This document shows, one piece after another, positions 12,812-24,123 of a stretch of DNA of 64,000 bases; the first letter of the stretch is position 1, and every line of letters starts with the position of its first letter. Under the pieces are notes generated by a model, which made no database searches, was not told the origin of the DNA, and worked only from the letters and a program-made list of their open reading frames with translations. The position numbers were made by a program, and so were the translations under genes. Source of the stretch: Trichosphaerium sp. ATCC 40318 (Eukaryota; Protista; Tubulinea); NCBI GenBank assembly GCA_038496445.1, contig JALMLS010000446.1, positions 1 to 64,000 of the forward strand, written 5' to 3'.

Positions 12812-14470
12812 TTATGGTACGGCATTATATTCTGTTCCTAAATTCATACGATAACGTACTAGTATCAAAAGAGTTAGTTGTGCTTTCAAAAAACTGTGAA
12901 AAAAAAAATCCAGTTTTCATTTTGTTGATATTTAGGCTTCAGGAAGGTTACTCACCAAAAAATCCAATAACAACATTAGCTGCAATTATCACCAATACAA
13001 GTGCTGATATAGAAATTGCAATAATAACCTCTCGTGCTTCAATAAAAATAAGAAAGCAAAAAGCAAAACATGGGAGAAAAAAAAAAGTATTATCTCTTTT
13101 CTGCTCTGAAGCATAAGGGTGTGTAGCTTAGATGGTAAAGCGGCTTTCTTTAAACCAGCAGATCGTGGGATCAAACCCCACCTCACCCACTTTTTCCTTG
13201 AAGCATAGACGATGTTACGTACAGAGTACTTGTGTTGTAGGTGTTTGCGCTGCTGGAGCTACTGGTGCTACTGGTTGTGTTGTAGGAGGAACTGGAGTTA
13301 CAGGCGCTACGGGCTCTATAGGGGCGATAGGTGCTTCTGTTGGAGTGATTGGCTGTACGGGTTCAACAGGGGTAACAGGCTGTTGACCTGAAGGTGGTGC
13401 TACTGTCGGTGTGCCAACACAATCCGAGAACAAGTCGTACGTACTAAATGCTAACCGAAAACCGTTTAAAACAAAATGAAATCAGAAGAAGCCGTACTAG
13501 CGTCACCAAAGTTATGTTGTATGAATTCGTTACCTGCAAAGAAATAATTAGTGTCACACTTTTGACCTATTGGATGATTCATCCACAACTAATAAACACT
13601 TGAACTACTGAATAAGCCAAGCGTTTATATACTTACCAGGCCCATGTGCAAATATGAGTTGTCTACCAATACCTCCTTGAGATATTACATGGTCGAATGT
13701 ATCACTTGTGTTAAGTTTTTTTGTGAAATTCATTTCTGTCCAGTTTCCAACAGCATCTGTAAACTGAAGAGCAGTGTACGACTGTAGTTTTCTTTAGTGC
13801 TTTGGTAAGACCAAATAAGGCAGTACCAAAATATCATCTGTTCCACCAAGTTCTGTGTCAAGCTGTGGCTTTCGGTAGCCTGGAGACCAGTAGTCATCAA
13901 CAGTACCATTATTGGTTCCATTAAATAAAGCGATGGAGATATCTGCTTGAATCATAACACCAGTAGTTTTATTAGTAGCATGCCAACCTATACCTAAAAC
14001 ATTGTAAACACATAACACAAGTTCTAAAGTCAAAGTCTTTGGTGTTTTTGATATTTGAATCCAAATCATAACGTTATGATAAAAAACTTTACTTGTGTGT
14101 TTTTTGAACTTTTTCTTAAAACTAACCTATCCAATGAAAGCCAACAACTTTACAATGAAATGTAATAACATCATCTAAGATATGCCAACTGAATGTATAC
14201 GCTAACAAAACGTCAATTCAGAAAACGTTTCGAAAAAAGGTTCAAAAAAGCAAGTCGCTCCACGTGTTTTTTGTCAAAATAGAAATATCAAAATTTTGGA
14301 AAAGTCTATTTAGTACCATCATTTGTTAGCTCACTTCCTGAACCTTTACAATCTAAAGGATTTACGCTATACGCTTCAAGAATACATTTATTATTTTGTT
14401 TTTCATTTTATTGTACTAGCGGCGTACCGTATGTTAAAGCGAAAACAATTAGAAGAACAGTAGCTCTCAT
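12812..14470 (-). CDS. DOMON-domain single-pass membrane protein (signal peptide, DOMON, Pro/Thr stalk, TM)
   Basis: MRATVLLIVFAL signal; GVMIQADISIA, DYWSPGYRKPQLDTELGGTDDI and KKLNTSDTFDH..IFAHG (DOMON); PVTPVEP stalk; TM VIIAISISALVLVIIAANVVIGFF. Confidence 0.75.
13117..13189 (+). tRNA. tRNA-like gene with UUA anticodon (ochre-suppressor-like or tRNA pseudogene), intronic and antisense to the DOMON gene
   Basis: 73-nt cloverleaf GGGTGTG-TA-GCTT-AGATGGTA-AAGC-G-GCTTT-CTTTAAA-CCAGC-AGATC-GTGGG-ATCAAAC-CCCAC-CTCACCC-A with A/B-box-like motifs. The anticodon stem has only 3 of 5 pairs. Confidence 0.8.
13191..13195 (+). terminator. oligo-T Pol III terminator of the tRNA-like gene
   Basis: TTTTT begins 2 nt after the discriminator base. 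Confidence 0.6.
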
Positions 14471-14757
14471 TTGGGTCCAAAAAGTAATACAAAGTTAAGG
14501 AAACATCACTTCTTCGCTTATTTAGTCTCTTTTGAGATTCAAATGCTATCTAACGCACAACATTACTTTTGAATTGTTGTAGAAGGTACAGTGAATAAAC
14601 TAAGCGATTATCCTAAACAGAAAGGGCAGCAAAAGTTCAAATCCCAAAAAAAATCCAAATCCAGGTTCGTTTTTTTCAATTTGTAAAAACGCTAATATGC
14701 GATACAAGTAAGTTTGAAGGGTTTTTATTTTGTGTTATGATACATTGTGGGTCGTTT

Positions 14758-15183
14758 TTAATCCCCTCTAATCTTTTTATCTTTTACGACAGCTTGAACA
14801 ATAGGACAGCAGTTGTTTACGTTTTGTTGACAGCAGAATACTGTTCTAGCTACTGTACCACCGTTTCCATCATCAACATTGCAGTTAACGTAGTCACATC
14901 CACCTACGGCTGCTTGAACTTGATCGTCAATTGGACTTGGAAGTGGAGACGAGTTTTCTTGTGCTTCTTCAAGTGTTTCATATGTTTCTCCGAGTTCAGG
15001 CAAATTTAGGTCTAGGACTGCAAGAGCAATACCCGGGTACTCAGTGAGTTGCTCTTCAGATAGTTCTCCATCAGTGTATCCATACCTTGATCTTTCTTCT
15101 TCATTTTTAAAAAGAACAATGTTGACACATGCGCAGACTGTGATGAAGATAGCGATTATTGTTAATGTTTTTGAGAGTTGCAT
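14758..15183 (-). CDS. intronless secreted prepro-peptide with C-terminal 6-Cys domain
   Basis: 141-aa ORF with signal peptide, acidic middle region, then C-x4-C-x15-CC-x6-CC. Confidence 0.7.
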   Translation of the reverse strand: MQLSKTLTIIAIFITVCACVNIVLFKNEEERSRYGYTDGELSEEQLTEYPGIALAVLDLNLPELGETYETLEEAQENSSPLPSPIDDQVQAAVGGCDYVNCNVDDGNGGTVARTVFCCQQNVNNCCPIVQAVVKDKKIRGD

Positions 15184-15951
15184 TGTTGGTTATTTGTTGG
15201 TTTTGTATGTTTTTGAGAGTTGTTGTGTTGTTGGTATGAAAGTAGTTGTTATGTCAAGTCAACGATTCCTATTTTCGGGTTTTTGGTTTTCAAGTTCATG
15301 CTTTTTTGCTTTCTCATGAATTAGGTTCATAAAGTATACGAATGAATAAATAAGTACTTCAACCCAAATTTCGAAATCATTTGAGGAGTTGGAGGACTGA
15401 TATTCACGAGAAATGAACCCAGTTTCAGTGAAGTATGGAAATTTACTGTATTTTTGGTTTGAACACTCGAAAACCGGAAAAAACAAACTCAAACTACCCG
15501 CATCGTTTTATCTACCAATAACACTAGTCGCATTTGAGGTAGCAGTGCTCTCACAAACATTGTAAGTTTAGCGTGTAAAGAACACTACGAAACTGAGTTT
15601 GTAAACGCACTAGGTGGTTCTGGAGTGCGATAAATGTTTTTAGAGGCTAAGTTGTGCCAATTTTAGGTGAGTTGCAACGCCGTGCGTACATATACCTTAG
15701 CAAACGTCTGTGAGTGAGTAGCGCGTACCAAACTAAGTTCGAACGTAAAAGACCACGTAGTCAAACCAACTTTAACTGTTTCACGCCTTTCTAAAGCGAC
15801 TTTTGAATAAAAAAAAGACAAGTGGCATTACATGATATTTATTCTAAGCTACAGCGGGGCAAATGTATTCAGCGCAAGGCATCTAACAAAAAAAAGAGAG
15901 GTAATAATAAACAACCGAGATATCGGTAGTAGAGAAGATAAAGGATTTTGT

Positions 15952-18120
15952 TTAGCTGAACATTTCCTCCATTTCTTGCTCTGCTTGGCGTTCTTTCTCT
16001 TGCAAAGCTTGGTATCTTGCCAAAAGAGCAGCTTGTTGCTTTTTATGCTCTTCTTCACGCTGGGCTTTACGTGCAGCGATTCTCTCCTTCATACGTTGAC
16101 GAGCTTGATCTTCAGCTCTTTGTTCAGCCTCATATCTAGCCATTTGTTCCTCTTCTTGTTGAAGTTTCCTGTTAAGCAGAAAGTTAGTTTTTGGTTTTTT
16201 TACTCCATGCAAGGTCACAAAAAAAAAATACGTACTTTTGTTCTGCTTCCATTTTACGTCTAGCAATACGTTCTTTCATGGCGCGGCTAGCACGTTCTTC
16301 TTCTTCTTGTTCGCGTCTGTATTTTTCCATAGCCTCATCTTCGAACTTGTTCTTGTTTTGTTCAGATTCAGCCTTACGACGAGCGATACGTTCGCGCATA
16401 GAAGTAAGAGCTTGTTCTTCTGCTTTTTGTTCTTCTTGGTAACGACGCATTTGTTCTTCTTCTTCTTCAGCCTTTCTACGATCGGCTTCAGCTTTACGAC
16501 GAGCAATACGCTCTTTCATTGCTCTAAGAGCATTTTCTTCCTCTGCTTGTTCACGTTGGTATTTCTCCATAGCTTCAGCTTCGAACTTGTTCTTGTTTTG
16601 TTCAGACTCAGCCTTACGACGAGCAATACGGTCACGCATAGAAGTAAGTGCCTGCTCTTCTGCTTTTTGTTCCTCTTGGTAGCGACGCATTTGTTCCTCT
16701 TCTTCCTCAGCCTTTCTACGATCGGCTTCAGCTTTTCTTCTAGCGATACGTTCTTTCATAGCGCGAAGAGCATTTTCTTCCTCTGCTTGTTCGCGTTGGT
16801 ATTTCTCCATAGCCTCAGCTTCGAACTTATTCTTGTTTTGTTCAGATTCAGCTTTACGACGAGCGATACGGTCACGCATAGAAGTAAGAGCTTGTTCTTC
16901 TGCTTTTTGTTCTTCTTGGTAACGACGCATTTGTTCTTCTTCTTCTTCAGCCTTTCTACGATCGGCTTCAGCTTTACGACGAGCAATACGCTCTTTCATG
17001 GCTCTAAGAGCGTTTTCTTCCTCTGCTTGTTCACGTTGGTATTTCTCCATAGCCTCAGCCTGTAAAATGTCAGTTAGTAAGTGTAATCAAAATAAAAAAG
17101 TTCACATACCTCAAACTTGTTCTTGTTTTGTTCGGACTCAGCTTTACGACGAGCAATACGGTCACGCATAGAAGTAAGAGCTTGTTCTTCTGCTCTTTGT
17201 TCTTCTTGGTAACGACGCATTTGTTCTTGTTCTTCCTCAGCCTTTCTACTTTCAGCTTCAGCTTTACGACGAGCAATACGCTCTTTCATGGCACGAGATG
17301 CGTTGTTTTCTTGTTCCTGTTCGCGTTGGTATTTCTCCATAGCTTCAGCCTCGAACTTGTTCTTGTTTTGTTCAGATTCAGCTTTACGACGAGCAATACG
17401 GTCACGCATAGAAGTAAGAGCTTGTTCTTCTGCTCTTTGTTCTTCTTGGTAACGACGCATTTGTTCTTCTTCTGCGTCAGCCTTTCTACTTTCGGCTTCA
17501 GCTTTACGACGAGCAATACGCTCTTTCATGGCACGAGATGCATTGTTTTCTTGTTCCTGTTCGCGCTGGTAGGCTTCCATTTGTTCTCGCTATAAAATGC
17601 AATCAGAGAAAACTGCAAGAGTAACTGACGAGATGCAAGGCGTGTTTTTTATGGATTTCGGTTTTGTTTTCTGTCGTACCTCACGTTGAGCTTTACGAGC
17701 CTCAGAATCAGCTTTACGACGCTCAATACGCTCGCGCATACGACGAGCAGCGGCTTCCTCCTCTTCTTGCTCTCTTTGGTACTTTGCCATGGCTTCAGCC
17801 TATTCAAGGTGTCATAAAAATGCAATAGAACGAAAAAGAAAAAAAAATGCGTTAAAACCAACCTCGAACTTGTTTTTGTTTTGCTCAGATTGAGCTTTAC
17901 GGCGGGCAATGCTTTCGCGTATTCTGGCTGCGGCTGCATCTTCTTTGGCCAGTTCTTCTTGGTAAATGGCCATTTTTTGACGCTCTTCTTCTTCTTTACG
18001 CTTTTTGGCTTCGAAACGGGCCTTTGCTTTGGATCTTTTTAAAGCAATCCTACGTTTCATTGCAGCCTCCTCCTCTTGGAGCATACGTTCCATATCCTGA
18101 AGTGACATTCCATTGTCCAT
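15952..18120 (-). CDS. E/R/K-rich tandem-repeat alpha-helical (coiled-coil/single-alpha-helix) protein
   Basis: Five exons with introns at 17800-17862, ~17590-17679, 17060-17109 and ~16169-16235 join the repeat ORFs in frame. Confidence 0.85.
16240..17790 (-). repeat. coding tandem repeat, 240-bp (80-aa) unit made of two ~40-aa subunits
   Basis: MEKYQREQ..MKERIARRKAE..MRRYQEEQ..MRDRIARRKAESEQNKNKFEAEA repeated about 5-6 times with high nucleotide identity. Confidence 0.95.
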
Positions 18121-18741
18121 CTAAAAAGAGTCAAGGGATCGTGCGTGCATTTTTAAAACATAATATGGACTGCGTTATTCGCCGTAGAGCGTAACCAAAG
18201 AGCAACAGGAAAAGACTAGCGCCTTCGGAACAAAAAGAACAGCGTTTAAAGGTTTTCACTGTGATGAATGCGCTGAGCGTACAGTGATGTGTGTTGTGTT
18301 TAGTAGTTGTGTTACGTGGTTGTTTTGTGTTGTTTAAGGGGTAAAGAGTAAAATTTTTGGCCCAAATAAAGGTAGTCAAACTCGTTATTTATGGTTTGTT
18401 CAAGGTTTATCTACGCGTTTGGCTACTTTTCGTGTGCATAACAACAGTCTAGACTATTAACTGTAACGACGGAATGTTTTCAGTCCATCCAAAAAAAAAA
18501 AAGGTAATACTTGGGCCAAGTACAATCTAGTGTAGTTACATGAACAGTTAAAACGTAAAACAAGCGGTTTTTAATAGATGCCAAACTTGGGGACGCTTTT
18601 AAAATGAGTGATTTGGGTGAGTAAGGCGTGGTAATGAGTAACTATAGTACCATTGATAATATTGATGTTTCGCGGTTAAAACCACTTTGTGAGTAAAGAA
18701 ATGTTTTTACCTTACATTTTTTGTTACAAAACTTGTTGAGT

Positions 18742-20535
18742 ATGTCTGTGCTTAAGAAAATACGTGAGCGAGAGGTACCTTCATTCGGTAGATTCATGTT
18801 TGTTAACCGCAAAAAGTTGGTGGGAAAGATTACAAAAAGGCGCTCTAAGAAGCGGAGAGTATTTGAGAAGGTATTTTTGCCTCTAAAAGCGACTGTTAAC
18901 GCAAGTAGGTGCCATCTAGATTTATTTACCCAATGGCGACGTTAGATCCAACAAAAGAGATTCTGGGATGTATTATACTTGGTTTTACAAAGAATGGAGA
19001 GCATTTGAGTGCGTACAAATGTAATTAGGCTTCAAAAAAAATAACGCGCGTAGTATCGTATACCAGTGGTTGTAATCTTGACGTTGATAATATACGCACC
19101 TCATATCATGTGGTAACTACACATATGTCAAAATTGATCGTTGATTTTTTTCAAACAGCAATTTTGGCGCTTTTTTGTAGCTGATAAAGCAAGCGTCCGC
19201 AAAGAGTTTGAAATAGAGGTGTTTGGGACAATGGATGATAGGCAAGAAACAAATTTGTATCTCAGCTTATTGGAGACAACAGACGACGTGATTGTCATCC
19301 ACGGTCATCAACTTAGACCTTGTAAGTTTGATACATAGCATTAACGCCTTTCTAATCAATTGTAAAGCTGGTATGACGTGCGATAATTATGTAACAGTAA
19401 TTCCATCACCTACAAAGCATATCTCTGTGAGTGTCTTGCATTTTGAGTATACATCAAATCCTCTTCCTTTGTTTCATCCTACAGTGAACTACTACCAAGG
19501 TACTGGTGGTAAATCTCATCTATTCCTTAACGCAGGCACGTGTAATGTTATGACATTCTCGTTTTATTTTTGTTTTATTTTTGAGTTTTTTTGCTAACAA
19601 GGTTCCTTCGTTACAGGGAATGGTATTCTCCGTGTTGACTTTTCTTTAATTGGCATGGACGATAAGATAACAAAACTATCTACACGAAGCCCATTCGCAT
19701 TTCCTCCTGCTCCAGCTACCCTGTGGGCAGTAACAGACGTAACTAAAGGTAGAAAAGTGATTTTGTTAACTTGTAATATTTACTAACTTTGAACTCGTGT
19801 AGAAAGACTCATAAGTGAACATGACACCAAGAGTGATAAGAAAGGTATAAAAATAGTAGACGACTTCACTTTTTTTGATGTTGAAGATTACATCAATACG
19901 GTAGTCATAAAACGAACTAGAGGTACTGTACAACTCAGTAATATTTGAACCTTTTTTATGTATAAAATCACGTGCATTGCATGATTTAAAAGTCCTTGTA
20001 ACACCTTGGTTAGGACTATCTATAGAAGACTATGAAATGCGTGTTTGTGGTGTTCAAAGAGATAAGAATGTTGTGGTAGCTCTTAGTGTTGAGTTACAAT
20101 CAGATGACAAAAAAACTCAAATCCATACTTTTATTTTCACTATCAACTTAACTCTTGGCACTGCAACTATGTTACGTACTCTTAAAGATAACTACCCTAT
20201 ACCAGAATTACCAAAGTACGTTAATGAAATAACATTATCGAAATTACATAATGCAAGGGGTCTTACCCCGAGCGTCCGTTGGGATTTCTTTTTAGCGTTT
20301 TGTGCAAACAGTTTTCATCAATTTTTTTTTAAAGCTAATTATTTCTTTCTTTAGGAAACATCTTTCGAATTATTGTTCTGCTTTAAGACGTCAAGTGATG
20401 CGATCTTTTATGATGAATGTACCTAAGAGCAAACATAAGATGCCTGTATTCTTCACGAATGAAAATGTTCTTAAAGGTAAAAGCTTTAATCATATATTTC
20501 ATACAACTTGGCCGTTAGCTATTTGCCTAAGATAA
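18742..20535 (+). CDS. DCAF15: DDB1- and CUL4-associated factor 15-like
   Basis: N-terminal LKKIREREV...ILGFTKNGEHLISYT and C-terminal FFTNENVLKGKSF resemble DCAF15 termini; multi-exon. Confidence 0.65.
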
Positions 20536-21054
20536 AGAACCAAACCTCCACCGGTGTTGTATTTAAAAGCCCCAAAAAACTCTAGCAAATGGAGTAACAA
20601 GTGTATAATAATAGATATAATGTAACTATGTAATGAAAGTTTTTGTACAAATAATGATTACTTGGTTTTAGCAGAAACAATCAAATGTCGAACAATATAA
20701 CCTAATTGACGTATCGCACGGAGGCGAAATGTTCGAATAATAATATTTCGGCGTAAAGAAAACATAGCCAGTGTGCAATTGGAAGTTGTATGGTCAAACT
20801 ACTTCCACAGTGTTTTTGTTTACCTTGAACCAACCAAAAACAGTAAAAGCACATTTGAATAGAGCTTGCTTAACAAATCTTGACAATAAAGTGCTTTACT
20901 GATTGAGATGCTTCTTACATAGTTTTAGTTTACATCAAATGTTTCTCAAAAAGGGTTGTAGGCATAAGTTGTGCGTAAACAGAGGCTTTGAACAATATTT
21001 TTTAAGGTTGTTTATTGATGACTTTGTTACGAGTTAGTACAGACGTATACGCCC

Positions 21055-21988
21055 TCAAAGGGCAGCAAATGCTTTTTTCATTTTTTCTTGTCTCTTGGTC
21101 ATGATATGGAGCATGATAATAGCCATTTGTTCAGGCTCAAAGACTGATTTCAATTCGTCCATGATTGCCTTGCGGTTTTTCTTCATTTCCTTCCTAGCTG
21201 CATGGATCTTTCCAAGGATTTCTTCAGCAGCAGCCATGTCATCCTTCTCAACAGCTTCTTTAAGAGCAGTCATCACAGGAGCAACCCGTTCACTGGCTTG
21301 TTTTCGCTTCTCAGCGACAAACTGAGGAAACTGTAAGAATGACGGATGCTACAGTGTAGTGGAAGAAAAAAAGGTGTACCTCCAAGAATTTGGCTTTCTT
21401 CTTTTGTTGCTTATCCGTTAGTGTTATTTCAGACTTGATGGCTTCAATAGCCTTCAATATACCATCGGATGGACCAGCGTCCTTTTTTTCGCGCATTTGC
21501 TCGCCAATGTAAACGACAAGGGTTGCCTGTATGCAACACGTGTCAGTAAAACGTATATTTTTGTTCAACGAAACAAGATAACGTACACGTTGTTTGACAG
21601 TGAGAATACCTCTAATAGTTTCCACTGTTTTCTCTTTACGAGCCTCTGAAGCCTAATAATTACAACGTGAGTCTAAGCGTAACATGTTTTAGCGATATAA
21701 CTTACTTCTTTGAACTTATCCATTTGAACTTTCTTCTTTAACAATTTTACTTTGTATCCAATTTTCTTGGCACTGGCAATAGCTTTAACCTCTAAAGAAA
21801 GAAAACTCATTAATAAAATGCAATTGGAAATGGTGCTATTTAGTACCTTCAAGCGTCGCGACAACTTCTGGCATACGTTTTTCAGCGTCTGCAAGAGCAT
21901 CTTTTAGTACGGCATTGATTTGAGTTTTTTGATCATCAGTGACTTCGGCTTTGTCTGCTGCGTTTCTGAGAGATGCAAGGATATCCAT
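21055..21988 (-). CDS. all-helical protein with two tandem Spy/CpxP-like (LTxxQ) modules
   Basis: Spliced product contains VTDDQK, ILTVKQR, LTDKQQ and VFEPEQM spaced by amphipathic helices. Confidence 0.55.
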
Positions 21989-22920
21989 TTTTTGTTTTTT
22001 GTTTGTTTTTGTTGAGTTGTTGTTCTCAGGATTGATGTTGTTGAATTATGAATGATCACCCAAGTAATTTTTTTATCAAATTTATTATGTACACACAAAC
22101 TGTTTTCCCGTTGTTTATCCGATCTAATACTTAACTCATCAACCAAATAAACACTATGGGGATGAAAAAAGACTCAAAAAGTATATTTGTAGTTTTTTTT
22201 TTGGAGAGCTACCCAAAACTGCCGATGAATATGACGAAACGCGTAAATAATTGTATGGCGATGTAATGGAAGTAAAATTATCCGATATGACGCTACCCGT
22301 CAACGGGAAAACATCAAAGTCATAAATAATTTTCCGGTTCACTTAATGACCGCTCTTGAAACAGATGCCTCTCCTTGAACGATATTACTCGTGTAAACTA
22401 CCAAACGATTTTTACCTATGTACCGTACAGTAAAGCGCGGGTTATCCAAGTCTAGACGCGCATGAAAAATTGGTAAAGAACACTAAGGGCCTCAAAGCTG
22501 TTTATCAACAGTACGCTTTACATAAAAAATTCTCCGTTGAAGAACGCGATTAAATACTCATCAAAAGACTTGTGTTTAAACTACGCATTTATCTATTAGG
22601 TACTACTTCACAAGTAGAAGCTCAGCTGGCTCAAACTTTTCACGTGTGTTTCCAAAACCAAAAAGTGACACCGATTGTTATTACATTGAGACTGTATTTG
22701 TTGTTAAGGGTATGAGAGGATTCGGGATTTTTCCATTTTATTTCCGAAAAAGGAAGAATGACATGCTTCAAGAGACGTTTTATCTATATCACTTCAAAAG
22801 ATAGTATGGTGTTTATCCCTTGTGTATCATAATAAACTATAATACAACGTTCTGTTACAAATGGTTATGTTTTATTCATCGTTTACTGTTTTTTTTTTTT
22901 TTTCACTTGGTTTTAAAGCT

Positions 22921-24123
22921 CTAGCATGGTGTATTATTGGCTTCAGTAACTGACACGGCAAGATCAGTATCGGGTCCAGTCCAAGTACATGCAAGAATAA
23001 CACGTTCTGTACCAAGTGGCCATGGGTTGCCGAGTGTAATCTACGAAAAGATAAGTGTGAGCACAGCCGAATAAAACAATCAATTTGCAAAACAATTGCG
23101 TACCAGTTTCGTGTTAGGACCAGCGTCAGAAACAGACCCTACAGAAGACCAACAAGACTGAATACTTACACCTGCAGGTGAGTTTTGTTTCACTTTTACA
23201 CTTGTTATCATAGCACCAGAAGAAGGAGAGGTGAGATGTATGTATGCGTTCATATCGTTATGCCAAGCTATACACGTATTAGTACAAATCAAACTCCATA
23301 AATCCAACGTACCATTAATTCTTGTTTGTGATACAACAGGGCAAAATGAAGGCGGTTGAGGTGAAGGAGTAGCAGTTACAGGTGGAGGAGGAGCGCTCGT
23401 AGGTGGTGGAGGAGCGCTCGTAGGTGGTGGAGGGGAACTCATAGGTGGTGGAGGTGGAGAGGCCGTTGGAGGCGGAGGTGGAGGTGGTGGCGGCTGAGAA
23501 CCTCCTGTGTATGTAGCAACTGCTGGACCAGTAAAAAAGAATGGAGCATTAGGTTCATAGACTAATCTGTATTGGCTTGCATCAAGAGGAAGGTTTCCAG
23601 GAATAGTAACTACAGGTGTCCAGCTGATAGCTCCAGTATTTCCGTTTGTGATAACGACATCAGCGCATTGTACATAGTATTCGACTTGAGTGACGAGTTG
23701 AAGGGCATACCATTCCCATCTAAGAACAGCAGTACCACTAGGTACCCAAGAAGGGATAGTTACACTTGCTCCGCTTTTTTGGTGACAATCACGAATTTGA
23801 GCAATCTTCGCCCACGTGGCTTCGTTATCGAAAGAGAGGTAAAAGAAACAATCTCCTGGGTGAGCAGCTGTGAATGCCCAATTCATTTGGTATGTTTGGC
23901 CGGCTGAATAAGTTTCTGTTGCGCCCACAACAGGTTGATTACGGCATACATGTGCTGATGTGTATTGTCCTTGGTTCAAGTTTACTGGTTCGTTCTGCGT
24001 ATGTTGTGGTCTTCCGTTTTGTACGTCACGTGATATTGGGTTTGTAAGACGTCCATGTCCGTAAACACAGCAAAGTAGAGAACAAAGAATAGCAACGAGA
24101 AATAAAGACGTGATAGAGGTCAT
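22921..24123 (-). CDS. secreted lytic polysaccharide monooxygenase (His-brace) + Pro-rich linker + putative carbohydrate-binding module
   Basis: Signal peptide ends at VYG|HGRL (His1); AHPG second His; LRWEWY and YYVQCADV; poly-Pro linker; last exon ITLGNPWPLG...NNTPC*. Confidence 0.8.

Larger units (their letters stand above)
13107..13207. repeat. 9-bp direct repeat TGAAGCATA flanking the tRNA-like gene (possible target-site duplication)
   Basis: Exact copies at 13107-13115 and 13199-13207. Confidence 0.7.

Noticed and set aside
16238-17595. Long Phe/Ser-rich + strand ORFs (275 and 155 aa)
   Set aside because: These are antisense shadows of the E/K/R repeat gene.
16240-17790. Regular repeats as a possible CRISPR array or satellite
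   Set aside because: There are no unique spacers; the repeats are in-frame coding units with synonymous variation.
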